Source: Bacilli bacterium
GTDB lineage: Bacteria > Bacillota_I > Bacilli_A > RFN20 > CAG-826
Reading direction: 5' to 3'
Assembly (NCBI GenBank): GCA_045628045.1
Contig: JAZQOV010000003.1
Span: 1 to 64,000 of the forward strand
Length of the DNA stretch: 64,000 bases
The position numbers were made by a program, and so were the translations under genes. Shown one piece after another: positions 19,285 through 29,695 of the stretch (position 1 is its first letter; each line of letters starts with the position of its first letter). Below the pieces are notes generated by a model. The model was not told the origin of the DNA. It saw only the letters and a program-made list of their open reading frames with translations, and made no database searches.

Positions 19285-19305
19285 AAACTACTAATTATCT
19301 ACTAA
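19285..19305 (+). repeat. 21-bp motif, copy 3
   Basis: AAACTACTAATTATCTACTAA in the xseB-dxs gap. Confidence 0.8.
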
Positions 19306-19328
19306 AATAATAAACTAACTATTTATAG

Positions 19329-19517
19329 TTACTTTTGTAGTTCCTCAACTTTTCTTTCAGCTTCTCTCAAGGTCTTTTCTAAAGAAACTATAAGTTTCTT
19401 CCCTTCTTCATAAAGCTTTAATGATTCATCAAGCGGAAGTGTTTCTCCTTCTACTTTAGAAACGATTTCTTCAAGTCTTTTTAAAGACTTTTCGAATTCA
19501 ACTTTTTCTTCTGCCAT
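19329..19517 (-). CDS. xseB: Exodeoxyribonuclease VII small subunit
   Basis: FEKSLKRLEEIV..LPLDESLKLYEEG. Confidence 0.95.
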   Translation of the reverse strand: MAEEKVEFEKSLKRLEEIVSKVEGETLPLDESLKLYEEGKKLIVSLEKTLREAERKVEELQK

Positions 19518-19518
19518 T

Positions 19519-20724
19519 TTATTTAGCCTCCTTGCTAATAACTTTTGTGGTTAATACACCACCTTTTATTCTTGTCTTAACCATTTGGTTAACTTTAACA
19601 TTATTAATGTCAGTAATGACTTTTCCTTTGTCATCTTCAATAAGAGCAAAACCTCTCTGAATTGTCTTATCAATAGATAAACTAGATAATTGTCTTTTAA
19701 TTGATGTAATTTTTTCTTTCTCTAATTCAATGATATGATTCATGAATGAATCAAGTCTCTTAGAAGTATTTGCAATTTCAATTAATGACTTTTCATACAT
19801 TACTTTTGGATTTTCAAAGAACGAATTTTTCTTAAGAAGTTCAACTTCATGTTTAGCATTACTAATTATATTAGCAATTACATCATCTAACTCTATTTCC
19901 TTGTTCGAGATGAATTCGTATATTTCGCGCTTGTCTATTGTCGCAAGCTCTGCCGCACCTGTAGGAGTAGAGGCTCTAGCGTCCGCTACATAATCAATGA
20001 GCGTAAAATCGACTTCATGACCAACTGCCGATATAATCGGAACTGGAAATTTTGCAGCTTCTCTTACGAGAGTTTCATCATTAAATGCTGATAAATCCTC
20101 GCTTGATCCTCCTCCTCGACCAATGATAAGTGTATCAATATCGCTTTCTTTGGCCTTTTTAAGCGCTTCTAGGAGGGCTTTTGGTGCTTCAGCACCTTGC
20201 ACTAATGAAGGAAATGTTTCGATCCTTATTAGTGGGTTTCTTCTAAGAAGATTTGTTTTCATATCAGCTAATGCTGCACTATTAGGAGCACTAATAATGC
20301 CAATAGCTTTAGGAAACTTTTTGATTTCTCTTTTTCTAGATTCATCAAACAAACCTTCAGATGCGAGTTTCTTCTTTAGAAGCTCCAATTCTAGGAGTTG
20401 AGCTCCTTCACCAAATAGTTCCATTGCTTGCGCGTAGAACTGGTACTCGCCTCGTGCTGGATAAACGCTCACGTATCCAGTTACGATTACCTCATCACCA
20501 TCCTTCAAGGATGCTTTGAGATATTTCGTATATTCATAAAACATCACAGCTTTAATGGAACTTTCTTCATCCTTAAGAGTGAAGTAGATGTGTCCACTAG
20601 GATATTTTTTGAAATTTGAGATTTCGCCTTTAAGTCTTAAGCCTTTTAATGTAAAGTCTTTATCAAACAATTGTTTGATATAATAGTTAAGTGAGCTTAC
20701 ACTAAAAAGATTTTTCTCCATCAT
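19519..20724 (-). CDS. xseA: Exodeoxyribonuclease VII large subunit
   Basis: GEISNF, SGHIYFTLKD, RGGGS.EDL, AVGHEVD and TPTGAAE motifs. Confidence 0.96.
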   Translation of the reverse strand: MMEKNLFSVSSLNYYIKQLFDKDFTLKGLRLKGEISNFKKYPSGHIYFTLKDEESSIKAVMFYEYTKYLKASLKDGDEVIVTGYVSVYPARGEYQFYAQAMELFGEGAQLLELELLKKKLASEGLFDESRKREIKKFPKAIGIISAPNSAALADMKTNLLRRNPLIRIETFPSLVQGAEAPKALLEALKKAKESDIDTLIIGRGGGSSEDLSAFNDETLVREAAKFPVPIISAVGHEVDFTLIDYVADARASTPTGAAELATIDKREIYEFISNKEIELDDVIANIISNAKHEVELLKKNSFFENPKVMYEKSLIEIANTSKRLDSFMNHIIELEKEKITSIKRQLSSLSIDKTIQRGFALIEDDKGKVITDINNVKVNQMVKTRIKGGVLTTKVISKEAK

Positions 20725-21131
20725 AAGACTTTGTCTAATATTGCGTTTACAAACTTGTAGTCATCCTTGTCTAAGAATTTCTTAGCAAGTTTGACTGCTA
20801 TATCAATAACAATGCCTTTTTCGCTATTTTCATAACGTCTATGAGTATAACTCATAAGTAAAATGGATTGCTCGACTAAATTTAAACGATCGAAACTCCA
20901 TTTTGGCATATTTTCTTGGAAAACTTTCTTGATCTCGTTTACATGCGAAAGTGATTTAATAACCATTTCTTTAACAAAGAAAGAAATTTCATCATAATTG
21001 ACTTCAAAAACAGAGCATAAAATTTCTTCAACTGAAAATTCTTCACCCATGTTTGAATAGGTAAGTGCATCATAGATGCAAGTCATGATTAATTCATGTT
21101 CTTGATTACGAGATAAGAATAAACTTTCCAT
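20721..21131 (-). CDS. nusB: Transcription antitermination factor NusB
   Basis: WSFDRL..ILL, VIDIAVKLAKKF..KFVNAILD; asp23-nusB-xseA synteny; likely start ATG 21131. Confidence 0.85.
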   Translation of the reverse strand: MESLFLSRNQEHELIMTCIYDALTYSNMGEEFSVEEILCSVFEVNYDEISFFVKEMVIKSLSHVNEIKKVFQENMPKWSFDRLNLVEQSILLMSYTHRRYENSEKGIVIDIAVKLAKKFLDKDDYKFVNAILDKVL

Positions 21132-21132
21132 A

Positions 21133-21447
21133 TTACTTAATTTCATCAACTGAAATTTGAATTTCAACTGGAACTGACTCGACATAAACTTCTAAATAAC
21201 GAGCTATTTCAAGTTGAACCATTTGAGAAACTTCGGCTGGTTTTTCACCTTTCTTTACAATCAAACGAACCTTGATTGAGACTTTACCATCTTTTTTAAA
21301 GATGACTTTGACTTCATCTTTAGCTTTGGCTTTTTTATTAACTTCAGGACTATTGAGAGCGTCGATTACGATTTTCTCAAAAACCTCACGAGAAATCGCA
21401 AGTTCTCCGCCTCTTTCATAATGGTTAATACGAATGTAGTCAGACAT
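21133..21447 (-). CDS. Asp23/Gls24 family protein (YqhY-like)
   Basis: GELAISREV..VQLEI..IQISVDEI; directly upstream of nusB. Confidence 0.75.
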   Translation of the reverse strand: MSDYIRINHYERGGELAISREVFEKIVIDALNSPEVNKKAKAKDEVKVIFKKDGKVSIKVRLIVKKGEKPAEVSQMVQLEIARYLEVYVESVPVEIQISVDEIK

Positions 21448-23420
21448 TATTCTTTGAGTCCTTCTTCAACAAATTTGACAACATCTTCCTTATGGAAGTG
21501 ATATGCAGCAATAACATCTTTTGCAGGAGCAGATGCGCCAAATGTATCAATGCCCATTACGTGTGCTGCATATTTATGCCAACCAAAGGTTGAAAGCATT
21601 TCGATTGCAAAACGTTTATATCTGCAAATGCCCATAACTTCGTCTTTATATTCTTGGTTTTGATTATCGAAATCAAACCATGAAGGCATAGAAACAACTC
21701 TTACGTCGATGCCTTTGGCAAGTAAATCTTTTTGTGCTTCTACAGCTAAAGAAACTTCTGAACCAGTAGCAATTAAAGTTGCATCAAGATGTTTGTGTTC
21801 TTTAGAAATTACGTAAGCACCTTTAGAAACTTCTTTGTATTTGCTTCCTAAAATAGGAAGATTTTGTCTTGATAAGATAAGTGCAGTTGGGGTTTCTTTG
21901 CTTTCGAGTGCACGTCTCCATGCTGCGTAAGTTTCACGTGAATCACATGGACGAATAACATTTACGTTTGGAATGCTTCTTAGCATAGCTAAGGTTTCAA
22001 TTGGTTGATGGGTTGGGCCATCTTCTCCGACAGCGATTGAATCGTGTGAGAAAAGATAGATTCCAGGAAGTTTGCTTAAAGCAGCCATTCTAACAGCGGC
22101 TTTCATGTAATCAGCAAAGACTAAGAAACAGCCAACATATGTTCTAACACCACCATGAAGCAACATTCCGTTTTGAGCTGAAGCCATTGCGAATTCTCTA
22201 ATACCCCAGTTAATATTTCTTCCTTTAGGAGTTCTTGGCTCAAAGTTAACGCCTCCTTCAATTTTTGTCATAACTGAACCTGCAACGTCAGCAGATCCAC
22301 CCATTAAAAATGGGATCTTGTTATAAAGTTCATTGAGGCATTTGCCAGAAGAATTTCTTGATGCTAATGCATCATCTGCAGCAAATTTTGGTTCACTCTT
22401 AAAGTAACTTGAGACATCACCAGAAACTGCTTTTTCGAATTTCTTCATTGCGCCAGCATGTGCGAGTTTATATTCAGATACAACTTTGTTGTATTCCTTT
22501 TCGGCTTCAGCACCACGTTTTGCAAAAGTTTCTTTGAAATGATCATAAACTTCTTTTGGAATTGTAAATTCTGGAAGTTTGTAACCATAAAATACTTTTG
22601 CGTTTGCACCATCTTCTTCACCAAGTGGACTGCCATGAACTTTATTAGTTCCTTGTTTTGCTGAACCATAACCAATTACTGTATGGACAATAATTAAAGT
22701 TGGTTTTGATTTTGATGTTTTTGCTTTGCAAATTGCTTCGTCAATTGCTTCAACATCATTTCCATCATTAACTTCTAAAACATTCCATTCAGAAGCTTTG
22801 AAGCGCATTTTAACGTTTTCACTGAAACTTAAATCCAATTTACCATCTAAGGTAATTGCGTTTGAGTCGTAAAATAAAATTAATTTACTTAATTTTTGGT
22901 GTCCTGCAAGAGAAATTGCTTCTTGAGAAATACCTTCTTGGAGGCAACCATCACCACACAATGCATAAGTATAATGATTACAAAGTAATTTTCCTTGTGG
23001 ATATTGAGCTTTTACTGCTCTTTCTGCCATTGCCATGCCGACTGCTTGAGCAATGCCTTGTCCTAAAGGACCACTTGTAGCATCAACACCTGCTGTGTGT
23101 TTAAACTCTGGATGTCCAGGAGTTAAAGAACCAAGTTGTCTAAATGATTTTAAATCATCAATTGAAATTTTGTATCCTGCAACATGAAGCATCGTGTAAA
23201 GAAGTGAGCTTGCATGTCCTGCAGAAAGTACAAAACGATCTCTATTAAACCACATTGGATCAGCTGGATTTGCAACTAAGTGTTTTGTAAAAAGAGTATA
23301 AAGTATTGGGGCGCTGCCAAGAGCCATTCCTGGGTGTCCGCTTTTTGCTTTATTGATTGTATCAATAACTGTTGCTCTAATTGCGTTAATTGAAAGTGTT
23401 TGTAATTCTTTTTCGTTCAT
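21447..23420 (-). CDS. tkt: Transketolase
   Basis: SGHPG, DRFVLSAGH, GPLGQG, GDGCLQEG and GEDGPTHQP motifs. Confidence 0.97.
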   Translation of the reverse strand: MNEKELQTLSINAIRATVIDTINKAKSGHPGMALGSAPILYTLFTKHLVANPADPMWFNRDRFVLSAGHASSLLYTMLHVAGYKISIDDLKSFRQLGSLTPGHPEFKHTAGVDATSGPLGQGIAQAVGMAMAERAVKAQYPQGKLLCNHYTYALCGDGCLQEGISQEAISLAGHQKLSKLILFYDSNAITLDGKLDLSFSENVKMRFKASEWNVLEVNDGNDVEAIDEAICKAKTSKSKPTLIIVHTVIGYGSAKQGTNKVHGSPLGEEDGANAKVFYGYKLPEFTIPKEVYDHFKETFAKRGAEAEKEYNKVVSEYKLAHAGAMKKFEKAVSGDVSSYFKSEPKFAADDALASRNSSGKCLNELYNKIPFLMGGSADVAGSVMTKIEGGVNFEPRTPKGRNINWGIREFAMASAQNGMLLHGGVRTYVGCFLVFADYMKAAVRMAALSKLPGIYLFSHDSIAVGEDGPTHQPIETLAMLRSIPNVNVIRPCDSRETYAAWRRALESKETPTALILSRQNLPILGSKYKEVSKGAYVISKEHKHLDATLIATGSEVSLAVEAQKDLLAKGIDVRVVSMPSWFDFDNQNQEYKDEVMGICRYKRFAIEMLSTFGWHKYAAHVMGIDTFGASAPAKDVIAAYHFHKEDVVKFVEEGLKE

Positions 23421-23434
23421 TTTAAATCTCCTAA

Positions 23435-25162
23435 TTATTCAGCTATTTTTATGCCAAGGTCATCTAATTGATCTGGGTCAACAGCACTTGGTGCGTTGCT
23501 CATTGGGCAACTTGCTTTTAAGTTCTTTGGGAATGCAATGACATCACGAATGTTATCTGTTCCACAAATTATCATAGATAATCTCTCAAGACCAAATGCG
23601 ATTCCACCATGTGGAGGAGTACCGTATTCGAATGCTTTGACAAAGTATCCAAATTTACGAGTAATGTCTTCATCTGAGAATCCTAAGATATTAAATATCT
23701 TCTTTTGCATATCTTGGTCATAAATACGAAGTGAGCCACCACCAGCTTCATAACCATTAATGACAATGTCATATGCTGCTGAGAGGACTTTACTTGGATC
23801 TGTGTCTAAGTATTTTTCTGTCTCAGGCGTTGGACGTGTGAATGGGTGATGAAGAGCTTTATAGCGGCCTTCAGTTTCACTGTATTCAAATAATGGGAAG
23901 TTAACAACCCATAATAAATCGTATGTATTTGGTTTGATATAACCAAGTTTTCTAGCGTACATGCTTCTAAACGCGCCCATTGCAAAACAAACCGCGTCAT
24001 GGTTATTACCTGCAAGTACGAGAATTAAATCACCTGGTTTTGAACTAGTTGTTTTAACAAGTTCTTTTACTTGTTCTTCATTCATAAACTTAAGGAGTGA
24101 AGATTCAACACCTGTTTCGTTTACTTTGTAAACGCCAATTCCACCAAAGCCAAATTTCTTAGCTTCAAGAGTTAATGAATCAATTACTTTTCTAGAAGTT
24201 TCTGCAGCCATTTGTGGAACAGAAATTGCTTTAATGCACTTAGCTTCTTTGTAGCCATTGAATTCTGTTTTATTTAAAACTTTTGTGACATCTATAAGAT
24301 GTAAAGCAAAACGTGTATCTGGTTTATCGCTTCCATAAACATCAACAGCTTCACTATAATCCATTCTACGAAGAGGTGTTTTAATATCAACACCAATTGT
24401 TTCTTTAAATGTTTTCTTTAAGAAACCTTCCATGATGGTGAGGATTTCGTCTTGATCTAAGAAAGACATTTCCATATCAATTTGAGTGAACTCAGGTTGT
24501 CTATCTTGACGTAAGTCTTCATCTCTGAAACAACGTGCGATTTGATAATATCTTTCCATTCCTCCAATCATTAATAGTTGTTTAAATAGTTGTGGTGATT
24601 GAGGAAGAGCATAAAATGCTCCATGTGTAATTCTAGATGGAACAATGTAGTCTCTTGCACCTTCTGGAGTTGATAAAGTTAAACATGGGGTTTCAACTTC
24701 AATAAAACCATTTTCGTCAAAATATTCATGAGCGCAGTGAACAATTTTTGCTCTCTTTTTGAGATTTTCTTGTAAACAAGGTCTACGTAAATCAAGATAA
24801 CGATATTTTAAACGTAAGTCTTCAAGAGCATCGGTTTCATCGGCGATAATCATTGGAGTTGTTTTAGCTTTGCTAAGAACTTTGATTTCACTTACAATAA
24901 CTTCAATTTCACCTGTTTTAAGATTTTTGTTTGGAACGTCTTTTTTGGAAACTTTTCCTTTTGTTTGAATAACATATTCATTGCGAATATCAGGAATTTG
25001 AACACCTTCATTAACAGTGAGCTGAATGATTCCTGTCCTGTCTCTTAAATCGATAAAAACTAAGCTACCAAGGTTTCTTTTCTTCGAAACCCAACCAACT
25101 AATGTAACTTCTTTACCAACATCTTTAAGGCCTAAGTCAGTATTATATGAACTTCTTAACAT
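23435..25162 (-). CDS. aspS: Aspartate-tRNA ligase
   Basis: FIDLRD, LPQSPQLFKQ, FRDEDLR.DRQPEF and PPHGGIAFGLER motifs. Confidence 0.97.
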   Translation of the reverse strand: MLRSSYNTDLGLKDVGKEVTLVGWVSKKRNLGSLVFIDLRDRTGIIQLTVNEGVQIPDIRNEYVIQTKGKVSKKDVPNKNLKTGEIEVIVSEIKVLSKAKTTPMIIADETDALEDLRLKYRYLDLRRPCLQENLKKRAKIVHCAHEYFDENGFIEVETPCLTLSTPEGARDYIVPSRITHGAFYALPQSPQLFKQLLMIGGMERYYQIARCFRDEDLRQDRQPEFTQIDMEMSFLDQDEILTIMEGFLKKTFKETIGVDIKTPLRRMDYSEAVDVYGSDKPDTRFALHLIDVTKVLNKTEFNGYKEAKCIKAISVPQMAAETSRKVIDSLTLEAKKFGFGGIGVYKVNETGVESSLLKFMNEEQVKELVKTTSSKPGDLILVLAGNNHDAVCFAMGAFRSMYARKLGYIKPNTYDLLWVVNFPLFEYSETEGRYKALHHPFTRPTPETEKYLDTDPSKVLSAAYDIVINGYEAGGGSLRIYDQDMQKKIFNILGFSDEDITRKFGYFVKAFEYGTPPHGGIAFGLERLSMIICGTDNIRDVIAFPKNLKASCPMSNAPSAVDPDQLDDLGIKIAE

Positions 25163-25164
25163 CT

Positions 25165-26478
25165 TTATTCCTCCTTGCCTTCAAGTTTTATTTCATCAGC
25201 ATAATATTGATTCATTAATGTATGTAATACATTTTCTAAATCTTCTAATTTAACAAATGTTTGATCTTGTGTTTTAAGATTTTTAACTGCAACTTCTTTC
25301 TTTGCTAATTCATCTTCACCAACAATGATTGCGAATTTAGCATTCTTTCTAAGTGCAGTTTTAATTAGTGAAGAAATTGATTTTACTTCGTAATTTGTTT
25401 CGATAATGAAACCTGAAACGCGGAGTAAATCTGCTAAAACAAAGTTTTGAGCAATAATATCTTCAGTCATTCCCATAATATAGAAATCACAACCGATATT
25501 TGTAGAAGGATTAACTACATTTTTAATAATATAGGCTAATCTTTCGATTCCCATAGCAAGACCGATGCCTTCGTATTTAGGACCGCCAACTTCTGCTAAT
25601 AAATTAGCATAGTGTCCGCCACCGCCTAATGCACCAACATTATCAATGCCATCAGTTTTAGCAAAATGGTATTCAAATACAACGCCTGTGTAATAATCAA
25701 GACCTCTAACTAAGTTAGTATCTATTTCTGTTTCGATTCCAACACCTTTAAGAATGGTAATTACTCTATCAAGGTATGCTTTAGAAGCATCTGATAAGTA
25801 ATCAGTCATTCTTGGAGCTTTTTTAACAATTTCAATATCTTCAGGAACTTTACAATCCAAAATCCTTAAAGGATTTGTTTCTAATCTACGTTTGCAATCT
25901 GGGCACATTTTATCAATATGTTTTGAGAAATATGCTTTGAGTGCTTCTTTGTAATTAGCTCTCGATTCTTCATCGCCGAGTGAGTTAATGAGAACTTTAA
26001 TGTTTGTAAGTCCAAGACCTGTTAATAAGTGATGCCCAATAGAAATAACTTCAGCATCTTGATAGCAAGATGGAGCACCAACGGCTTCAACACCAAATTG
26101 GTTAAATTGACGATATCTACCAGCTTGTGGTCTTTCATATCTAAAGCATGGACCGACATAACAATATTTAAGTGGAAGGTCAGCGTTTGCATAAAGTTTA
26201 TTTGAAACAATGCTACGCATTACTCCTGCTGTAAGTTCTGGACGAAGAGTAACGGATCTACCGCCCTTATCGTCAAAAGTGTACATTTCTTTATTAACGA
26301 TATCACTTGATTCACCAACGCTTCTTAAGAAGAGTGGAGTGTGTTCAATTACTGGAGTACGAATTTCTTTATAACCATGAAGTTGAGCAATGCCCATTGC
26401 AGTTTGTTCAATCATAGTATAGAGATTAGCTTCGTCTGCAACTATATCGTGTGTGCCTTTAACTGGATTAATTTCCAT
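25165..26478 (-). CDS. hisS: Histidine-tRNA ligase
   Basis: LRPELTA, FRYERPQAGRYRQF, LVRGLDYY and GIERL motifs. Confidence 0.97.
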   Translation of the reverse strand: MEINPVKGTHDIVADEANLYTMIEQTAMGIAQLHGYKEIRTPVIEHTPLFLRSVGESSDIVNKEMYTFDDKGGRSVTLRPELTAGVMRSIVSNKLYANADLPLKYCYVGPCFRYERPQAGRYRQFNQFGVEAVGAPSCYQDAEVISIGHHLLTGLGLTNIKVLINSLGDEESRANYKEALKAYFSKHIDKMCPDCKRRLETNPLRILDCKVPEDIEIVKKAPRMTDYLSDASKAYLDRVITILKGVGIETEIDTNLVRGLDYYTGVVFEYHFAKTDGIDNVGALGGGGHYANLLAEVGGPKYEGIGLAMGIERLAYIIKNVVNPSTNIGCDFYIMGMTEDIIAQNFVLADLLRVSGFIIETNYEVKSISSLIKTALRKNAKFAIIVGEDELAKKEVAVKNLKTQDQTFVKLEDLENVLHTLMNQYYADEIKLEGKEE

Positions 26479-26570
26479 AAAAAAATACTCCTATATTAAT
26501 CAGTAATATTATAGTTTTATATAACTATAAATACAAGAGATTATTTAGGAGTAATAAATTTATCTAATTT

Positions 26571-28775
26571 TTAGTGAGTTGCGCGATTAACTTCGTAAAC
26601 GGATTTTACGTTCAAAAGGTTATTAATAATATCTTGCAAAATAGTAGCATTTGGAACGTAAATCGTAACAGAAACTGTCGTGGTCATTGTGTTAGAATGA
26701 AGAACAGCATTTATGGCAGTAATATTAATCTTCTTTTGAGAGAAAACTGACATTATATCTACAAGCAATTCCGCACGATCATAACACTCAATTTTTAGGT
26801 CAACTGGATAAGATGATTCTTTAATGTCATCTTTCCAAAAAACTTCGATGATTCGTTTCTTTTCATTAGCAATATTAGGACAATCGCATCTATGAATTGT
26901 GACACCTTTTCCTTTGGTAATATAACCAACAATTTTATCTCCTGGAATAGGTGTGCAGCAGTTACCTAAAGTGATTGCAATATCGCCTGCGTTGCCGCGA
27001 ACATAGACAGGTGATTTATTGGTGTCTTTATCTCTAATTTTTGAAAGCTTTAGGGTCTCATCATTTTTCTTCAAATTTAAGAAGTCAATGATTGCTGCAG
27101 GAATAGGATTTTTGTTAGAAACGCCAATTAATAATTCATCTAAATTTTCAAAACCAAATTTTGCAAATACTTTCTCATTATCGACATATTTAATAGCATC
27201 GCTTTCGCCAATATCTAATTGTTTGAATGCTTCAATGATGGATAATTTTCCTTTGGAAATTTTCTCATCTTTTAAGAATTCGGCATTCTTTTTTGTCAAA
27301 AACTTTCTAATATGAGACTTCGCAAACGAAGTTGTTGCAATGTTTAACCAGCCCTCATTAGGTCCTTGTGATTTGTCGTTTGTTTTAATTTCGCAAATAT
27401 CACCTGTTTTTAAAACTGTATTAAGAGGTACCATTACATTGTTAACAATTGCTCCAACAGTCTTTTCTGCAAGGCCTGTATGAATCTTATAGATAAAATC
27501 TATAGGTGTTGCACCTGTTGGAAGCTCAATGACTTTTCCAGCTGGAGTAAAGACATAAACGTTTGCTTGGAAAATATCATGGGAAAGAGTTGAAACATAT
27601 TCTTTAGCATCGCTATTGTCTTCTGACATTGAAACCATATCGCGAAGCCAATGGAGTTTTTCTTCCATTTCCATTTGCTCTTTCTTAGGGTTATAGTTTG
27701 TGTTTTCTTTATATCTCCAGTGAGCTGCTACACCTTCTTCAGCGATTTCATCCATTTCTTTAGTTCTAATTTGAACTTCAAAAGTATTTCCATCACCTGA
27801 CAAAATACAAGTATGTAACGATTGATACATATTTGGTTTTGGCATAGCAATGTAGTCTTTAAATCTACCTGGAATAGGTTTATAAGTTGCGTGAATAATT
27901 CCTAAAATTTCATAACAGTTTAATTCTGTTTGAGTAATGATACGTAAAGCTAAAATGTCGAAAATTTCTTCGAATTTGCGGCCCTTAATGTAGATTTTTC
28001 TATAAATAGAATAAATTGATTTTACTCTTGATTCCATTTGGAAAGAAATCTTCTTCTCAAAAAGATCATCAGCAATTTTCTTTGCCATTTGATCAAGAGA
28101 TTTTTGACCATTTCTAATCTTTGAATCTACAAGATCAACGATTTCAGCATATTTTTCAGGTTCAAGATATTTAAGCGAAAGGTCTTCTAATTCGGATTTA
28201 ACTTGGTTCATACCTAAGCGGTGAGCAATAGGTGCGAAAACCTCAAGAGTTTCTCTTGCAAGAACTTTTTGACGCTCTTTTGAAAGGGAATCTAAAGTTC
28301 TCATGTTGTGCAATCTATCAGCGAGTTTGATAAGAATGACACGAACATCTTTTGCCATTCCTAAGAATATTTTTCTATGATCTTCGAAAACAAATTCTTC
28401 TTCACTTCTATGTGATAATTTTAAACGTTGAATCTTGGTTAAAGAATCAACAATGTTCATGACATCTTCACCAAATTTTTCTTTGATTACTTCTAAAGAA
28501 GTATTTGTGTCTTCAACAGTATCATGTAATAAACCTGCAATTAATGTAGAAGGTCCACATTGAATATCAGCTAGGATGTAACAAACTTCAATTAAATGGT
28601 GAATATAAGGCTCACCAGATTTGCGCATTTGTCCTTTGTGGGCATCGTTAGCGAAATTATAAGCTTCTTCTATTTTTTGTCTTGCTTCCTTATTTGAAAT
28701 GTAGACGAAAAATCTTTCCTTTACTTCTTCGAAAGTGTGAAGTTTATTTTTCTCAAAATTTGCAACTTTTTCCAT
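26571..28775 (-). CDS. rel: Bifunctional (p)ppGpp synthetase/hydrolase Rel
   Basis: RKSGEPY.H, LLHDTVED, KLADRLHN, YQSLH, EVQIRT, TGS, CC zinc finger and ACT domains. Confidence 0.96.
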   Translation of the reverse strand: MEKVANFEKNKLHTFEEVKERFFVYISNKEARQKIEEAYNFANDAHKGQMRKSGEPYIHHLIEVCYILADIQCGPSTLIAGLLHDTVEDTNTSLEVIKEKFGEDVMNIVDSLTKIQRLKLSHRSEEEFVFEDHRKIFLGMAKDVRVILIKLADRLHNMRTLDSLSKERQKVLARETLEVFAPIAHRLGMNQVKSELEDLSLKYLEPEKYAEIVDLVDSKIRNGQKSLDQMAKKIADDLFEKKISFQMESRVKSIYSIYRKIYIKGRKFEEIFDILALRIITQTELNCYEILGIIHATYKPIPGRFKDYIAMPKPNMYQSLHTCILSGDGNTFEVQIRTKEMDEIAEEGVAAHWRYKENTNYNPKKEQMEMEEKLHWLRDMVSMSEDNSDAKEYVSTLSHDIFQANVYVFTPAGKVIELPTGATPIDFIYKIHTGLAEKTVGAIVNNVMVPLNTVLKTGDICEIKTNDKSQGPNEGWLNIATTSFAKSHIRKFLTKKNAEFLKDEKISKGKLSIIEAFKQLDIGESDAIKYVDNEKVFAKFGFENLDELLIGVSNKNPIPAAIIDFLNLKKNDETLKLSKIRDKDTNKSPVYVRGNAGDIAITLGNCCTPIPGDKIVGYITKGKGVTIHRCDCPNIANEKKRIIEVFWKDDIKESSYPVDLKIECYDRAELLVDIMSVFSQKKINITAINAVLHSNTMTTTVSVTIYVPNATILQDIINNLLNVKSVYEVNRATH

Positions 28776-28815
28776 ACCTATGTGTTAATTATACACTCTT
28801 TTACTTTCTTTGAAA

Positions 28816-28844
28816 GAAAAAAGGATAGCAATTAAGCTACCCTT
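28816..28844 (-). terminator. Terminator after lipoprotein gene 28861-29592
   Basis: AAGGGTAGC-TTAATT-GCTATCCTT plus T tract. Confidence 0.7.
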
Positions 28845-28860
28845 ATGTTTTTTGTATGAT

Positions 28861-29592
28861 TTATTTCTTTTCGTATAAATGAGCTAAATCATATGCATCA
28901 CGTTGAAGTGCGACTTCGTATGATTTGCAATCAATTGAAATGTAATCGCCTTCTGTGTCAGCATCTGCGTTGTGTCCAGAACCAAGGAACTTTGGAACTT
29001 CTTCTTCATCAACGCTTGGATATTGGAACATGACGCCTGGAGCATATTGTTTTGCACCATCATATTCTTCAAAGAATTTAAATCTTCCTTTTGGAGAATA
29101 TGATTTTCCGCCTTGTGAATAAGAAGTTTGATCTGGATCATCGAGTAAAGCAATTGACATAACACTGTTATTAAATGATGATGTTGCTGCGTAAACACCA
29201 ATGTATTTTTGATCCCAATCTTTGCCTGGTGCACTTACTTGCATGGAGAATTCTCCATGGCCTAGCATTTTTACAGTGATTTCTGCGGCACCACTTGTTG
29301 TTCCGCCAACAGTTCCCATATAGTATGGATATTCACCGTTTTCGTCTGTGTGATAATTACCACTTGCGAATCTCATCAAATCTTCATTAACCCTATAAAC
29401 CCCAAGAAGATATTTGCCACCGTCTTTAACACTCTTTGCAAGTTTATATCCTTGGAACTCCTCAAGAATACTTGCGTCAGTAGTGCCACCTGTATTTGAT
29501 CCGCCACCGATGTGCAATCCAAAAATCTCAATTTCGCATGAGCATAAAGCCATTCCTGCGATTAATGGTAGAAATAATAGTCTCTTTTTCAT
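28861..29592 (-). CDS. Hypothetical lipoprotein
   Basis: MKKRLLFLPLIAGMALCSC lipobox; no family recognised. Confidence 0.75.
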   Translation of the reverse strand: MKKRLLFLPLIAGMALCSCEIEIFGLHIGGGSNTGGTTDASILEEFQGYKLAKSVKDGGKYLLGVYRVNEDLMRFASGNYHTDENGEYPYYMGTVGGTTSGAAEITVKMLGHGEFSMQVSAPGKDWDQKYIGVYAATSSFNNSVMSIALLDDPDQTSYSQGGKSYSPKGRFKFFEEYDGAKQYAPGVMFQYPSVDEEEVPKFLGSGHNADADTEGDYISIDCKSYEVALQRDAYDLAHLYEKK

Positions 29593-29645
29593 TTTTTACC
29601 CCTTTGATTATTTAAATTATACAATAGTTAATTAAATAATTAAAG

Positions 29646-29674
29646 AAAAAAGTGTGGACCGAAGCCCACACTTT
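29646..29674 (-). terminator. Terminator after lipoprotein gene 29696-30286
   Basis: AAAGTGTGG..CCACACTTT plus T tract. Confidence 0.8.
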
Positions 29675-29695
29675 AGTAAATAGGAATAAGTTATC

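Noticed and set aside
26479-26570. Expected T-box upstream of hisS-aspS
   Set aside because: The gap is only ~90 bp, with a -10 close to the SD and no UGGNACC motif.
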